A stretch of DNA of 54,384 bases, filler included, from Jimgerdemannia flammicorona (Eukaryota): the NCBI GenBank assembly GCA_003990765.1. It is 2 parts of 2 records of this genome, joined end to end, with 100 filler letters (N's around TTAATTAATTAA, not from the genome) between each part and the next. Parts side by side here need not be neighbours in the genome. Positions count along the whole stretch, not along the records: positions 27,248 to 54,384 come from RBNJ01000659.1; 1 more part is not named here. One strand, 5' to 3'. This document shows positions 50,287 to 54,384 of the stretch, one piece after another. Made by a program: the position numbers and the translations under genes. The notes under the pieces are model-generated. The model worked only from the letters and a program-made list of their open reading frames with translations. It had not been told where the DNA came from and made no database searches. How positions within the stretch are numbered: the stretch's first letter is position 1; every line of letters begins with the position of its first letter.

Positions 50287-53200
50287 AATAGGTTTAGTTC
50301 ATAAACTTCCCTATGAGTTCAGTTGAGAAAAGGCACCAGATGTCCTATAATGGTTCCTTTTGGCAAGATGATGGTTTCCCAACTTTGGTTGATTGCTCGG
50401 GAGTATACTGGGTTCATCTTGTCAGGGAATATGTGTCCTTCTATATCCAGGTGTGAGATATCTTCCTTGGGTTCAAAGAAAAGGTTCCTGGGGTCAGGTG
50501 GTGCAAATATTTTGAAGGTAGTTTATTCTCCAGACTCCAGGATGAGATTCTTGTGCAGTCTGACTGGTTGCCAGTATACTTGCTGGGGAACATTCCTCTT
50601 TAGGTAGTTGACTTGAAGGAGATATACCTCTTTCCTCTCTGAACTTCCAAATCCCTTGGCTTGTCTTATTCCTTCGGTTAGTTCAGAGACTTCTTGTAAC
50701 TGTAGAGTCTTGACCTTCATGAAGACTACTTGGGCAATCTTTTGTCCTCTAATGATTTGGTGTCATTCTGCACTGTTGTTGTGTAGGATAACCTTGATTT
50801 TACCTGTATATCCAGGGTCAATAGTTCCTCCTTCTACAGTTATCTCTTGTCTGGCAAGTCCGGACCTTGAGGTCAGTTGAATATAAGCTCCTTGAGGTGG
50901 CTGCATGGCTAATTCGGTTCTGACCATGAAGGTTTTTCCAGGCTTGATAGATTCATCCTCCAGGCTGTGAAGATCATATCCTATATCCTCTGGGTGGGCT
51001 TTGGTTGGGGGTTTGGCCTTAGGGTGCAGCAGGGCATACTGGGCAATGTCCTTGCTGAGTTCAGGCTTTCCTAAGGCTGAAGCTCTACTAGTAAAAAGCC
51101 TCCAAGCTCTAAGGTTGAGGTGTGGCCATCTGGCTCCAGTAGAGGGATCTCAGAGGTAATTGATTCCCCTCCTTCCTATAGGGTCAAGGGCTTCCATGAA
51201 GTTGGTGGCATCTTCTGCTCATCCTTGGCAGATTATATGTCTGATGAGAGCTAGGATGTCTTCTTCCAATTCGTAGATCTTGAGAATTCTTTTTCCAGGC
51301 TTCTTGGTCTGGCTTTTTCGAATCTGACTTTTTTGGATCTGGCTTTAGTTATCTCCTTTCTTCAAGGTGTGCACTGTAACATCATGACTGAGGTGAATCT
51401 TCTGATGTCTGCAGTCTCGGCAATCAGGGTGTCTCCCATGGTTGCAATATCCCATTGCTCAGAAATGATGTTCCCAGCTATTTATCTCTTGTTGTCTTGG
51501 AAATTGGTACCCATCTTGATCATAGGTTGGGGGAAGGGTAGACAAGGGGTATATTTCTGTTCAGATAAAGAAGCCTTGTCCTCTAAATCGACTTTGTAAC
51601 CTTGTGGTGACTTCTTGAAAGGTGGTAGACTATGCAAGAGTAGTTGGGGGTTCTGGTCTCTGGGGTCTCTGTCTTTCTTGTTGGTCCAACAGATGACACT
51701 GGTAGCAGTAGTCTCGGGGAGAGTAGAAGACCATTTGATGTGGACATCTTCCTAGCTAGAAAGCTTTCTCTTGGTGGGTTTCTTTCTTGGAGATAATAGT
51801 GATAGTACTGGGTCCTTCTTCTGTATTCCAGGGGTCATTGTCTTCAGGTGGTATCCAGTGAGGGTTATCCCAGGGGATGAGTTCAGGGACTTCTTCTTCA
51901 TCAGGTGCTTCTTGTTCAGGAACTTCTTGGTCAGAAGTTTCTTCTTCCTCAGATGATTCTTGACCCCAAATTGCTTGTACTTCTGTAGCTTCGGTTGCAG
52001 GTGTTTCTGGAACATGTCTGCATTTCTTCTTCTTTCTTCTGCATTCTGGGCAGGCTGCACCAGGTGATTTCCTTGTTCCCATGATCTTGGAGGAGTGCTT
52101 GGGACACTTGTGTCTCTTGAGGCATATGGGGCATCCTTTGGCTTCTCCTGCAATGGCTCCAATAGTGATGGGGATGGTGTTCTTAGCCCACACATTGTCT
52201 TCTGGTCTGTCATCCACCAGGTTAATTCAGGGATTGAGTCTGGGATCATTTTCATCTTCGGATTCTTCTTCTTCTTCTGTGGTAGATTCTTCACTGCTGG
52301 CATATTCTTCCTGAATAGTGATCTTCTTCTTCTTCTTTGATTGCTCATAGCTAGTTACCTTAACTCTATACTTCTTGCCTTGGTAGTCAAACTTGAGTAC
52401 TTGTTGGCCAATGTCAACAACTGCATTCATTTCCTTCATCCAGTTGATGCCAAGAATCATATCATAGGTGACAGCTTCAGTGACAACAGCTTTGGGGATG
52501 GAGAACTGAATGTGTCCAAGAGAGATGGTGATATTTCGTACTTCTCCAAGGGGTTGAGTTTGGGCTCCATCTGCTACTATGATGCTGAGGTTGGATGGTC
52601 CATCAATGGGCCATTGGAGGGTGTCCAAGAATTGTTTGGCAATAACACAGATAGCTGCTCCTATATCTATGAGGATTTTCGCTTTTTGTCCTCCAATATC
52701 TCCATGTAAATAGGTGCTGACATGTCTTTCAGCTGCTTGAACTGGGATGGAAGCTGGTTCTTGCTGTGGGATTGGAACTCGGCCAGTGCTAGACCTGGTG
52801 GTTCTCAGCAATTTGTTTCGGACTCCAGCTGGTATCAGTTGTAAGAACTGCAGAAGAGGGACTTCCATCTTGGCTTCTTGAATCTTCTGCCAGGCTTCAT
52901 TGTAAATATTCCTAGGCATGGTCTTCGGGGTGTACTTCTTCTTAGACTTTGGAGCAGTAGGTTCCCGTTCTTCTTGTTCCATTTCTTCATCTTCTGGTAG
53001 CAACTCGTTTGTTTTGGGCATGAAAGGTGAAGGGGTTCGGGGAGGTGTTTCAACTTGTTCCTCCTCATGTTCTTCATCTTCTTCTTGAATAATTCTCCTG
53101 CTGATGTTTCTGGATGGTCTTCCCACAGGTCTCTTTCTTTTCTCTGCTGGGTAGACTGTCTTTCGGGTGGTAACCTTGGTAGGGTACAAGTCTAGGTCAC

Positions 53201-54384
53201 TGTAGTCTTCACTGTTGCTTGCTTCCTCGAAATCTTCAACAGGATGGGCTTCAGTCTTCTTGTACTGGGTGTCATTCCTTCAGTTTGGTGGTTCTGAGTC
53301 CCTTCGGTCACTTCTTTTGTTGTCACATTCAGTGGCATAGTGTCCGAATTGTCCACAGTAGAAGCATTGGACTTGGGCTCTGTCTCGAGCAGGGTACCTT
53401 CTTTCTTCTTGCTGGTAATTCCTGTTATCTCTTGGTAAATGACCTTGGCTCCTCTGTGATGGGTATCCTCTGTTGTTTTGGTAATCCCGATTTTCATGTG
53501 TGGTGAGTTTTTCAATCTGCCCAACCAATCAGTCTAACTTGGAGCTGAGGTCTTGAATTTCACTCCTGTTCTTCTTTCCTTCCTTGGCTGGCCTTCTTTC
53601 TTCAGACCTTTCTTGTCCTTGAAGGAGTCCTTATAGGGCTTTGACCAGGATATCTTCTTTATCTTCCTTCTTGTCATGGTCACTCCAGGTAGTTCCTTGC
53701 CTGACATCAAAGAATCCTTGGGCTGCATCTACTTGCTCTTCAGACCTTCTGATGCCTAGGGTGCGGACATACTGGGCAATATTTGGGGGAATTCCATTCA
53801 TGAAGGTCATTGGACCTATGATGTCCTGGTTGGTGGCATTGAACCCGGCAGAGTACATTCTCTTCTGAATTCTTGTGAAGAAGGCTCTGGGTGATTCTTC
53901 AAGATTCATCTTCATTCCCATGATGGATTCCTGGGCCTTGTGGCAGGTTTCATTTCCTGCATACTTTTCTATGAGCCAGTAGACCATAGCCTGATATTCT
54001 AGCTCATAGGAGACTGCTGCTTGTATCTGTCTTGCTAGTTCTGAATCTGGGTTGTTTGCTGTTCAATGAAAAATCCCTCTGGCTGGTTCTCTGAGCTGAG
54101 CTTTGTAGATGGCGATCTTCCTTTCATCTGAGAGATTCCTCAAGGCTGCAATTCCTTCGATTCCATCAAGGAATTCTCTGGGGTCTTCCTCCAGGTATCC
54201 TGCAAAGATTGGCAATGAAGTGGCCATTTCTTCGTCACTTTCTTCTGATTCTGGTTCGAATTCGGATTCTGATTCTGATTCACTTTCTGAACTGTCACTA
54301 GAGACCAGAGTGCTTGGGTATCTTGAAGATGGTGTTCTGGTCCTTGGGTGAGGTGGAGTAGGCCTAGGTATCCTTGTAGGAGCT
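50241..54384 (-). pseudogene. Gypsy D ORF1: gag (CCHC ~53324-53365), protease (~52360-52720), Cys/His-rich domain (~51360-52150), dUTPase (~50640-51035), pseudo-dUTPase (~50323-50570)
   Basis: Track fragments starting at 53987, 53528, 53189, 52217 and 50720 share one frame. Motifs CFYCGQFGHYATEC, ILIDIGA, YDMILG, IGYDL, RSGLA, IDPGYTGK and GFGSS. Confidence 0.88.

Larger units (their letters stand above)
45898..54384 (-). mobile_element. Gypsy copy D, best preserved, 5' end beyond the window
   Basis: 3' LTR 45898-47198 (TGTAAC...GTCACA), PPT 47199-47210. All domains present in consistent frames, with nonsense changes but no evident frameshifting indels. Confidence 0.95.

Overview
Eukaryotic, almost certainly fungal, repeat-dense region with nested transposable elements. 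The NB-ARC/TPR remnant resembles those of Mucoromycota such as Endogonales, but that placement is inference. A 100-bp assembly spacer (44 N + TTAATTAATTAA + 44 N, 27148-27247) sits at the window centre, so continuity across it is unproven. The window holds four copies of one Ty3/Gypsy family: A 1155-11201 (-, full length), B 33613-43564 (+, full length), D 45898->54384 (-, best preserved) and E 27479-29823 (-, partial). It also holds heavily decayed Copia hosts, two tandem L1/Tx1-like LINEs, a hAT-type MITE, a small non-autonomous LTR element, and a CpG-rich LTR-like insert containing a 365-codon ORF. A CpG-normal island (~13290-17430) carries an NB-ARC/TPR pseudogene and an apparently intact 3-exon, 128-aa orphan gene. 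Main discovery: comparing copies reconstructs an unusual four-ORF Gypsy genome. ORF1 (gag-PR-Cys/His-rich domain-dUTPase-pseudo-dUTPase) is followed by a candidate -1 frameshift (G GGA AAU + 7 nt + stem) into RT-RNaseH. A separate integrase ORF then starts at an AUGA stop/start overlap, followed by an overlapping 171-aa ORF4 of unknown function. Repeats show CpG and CpA C->T decay (RIP-like). All calls are from manual reading; no searches were run.
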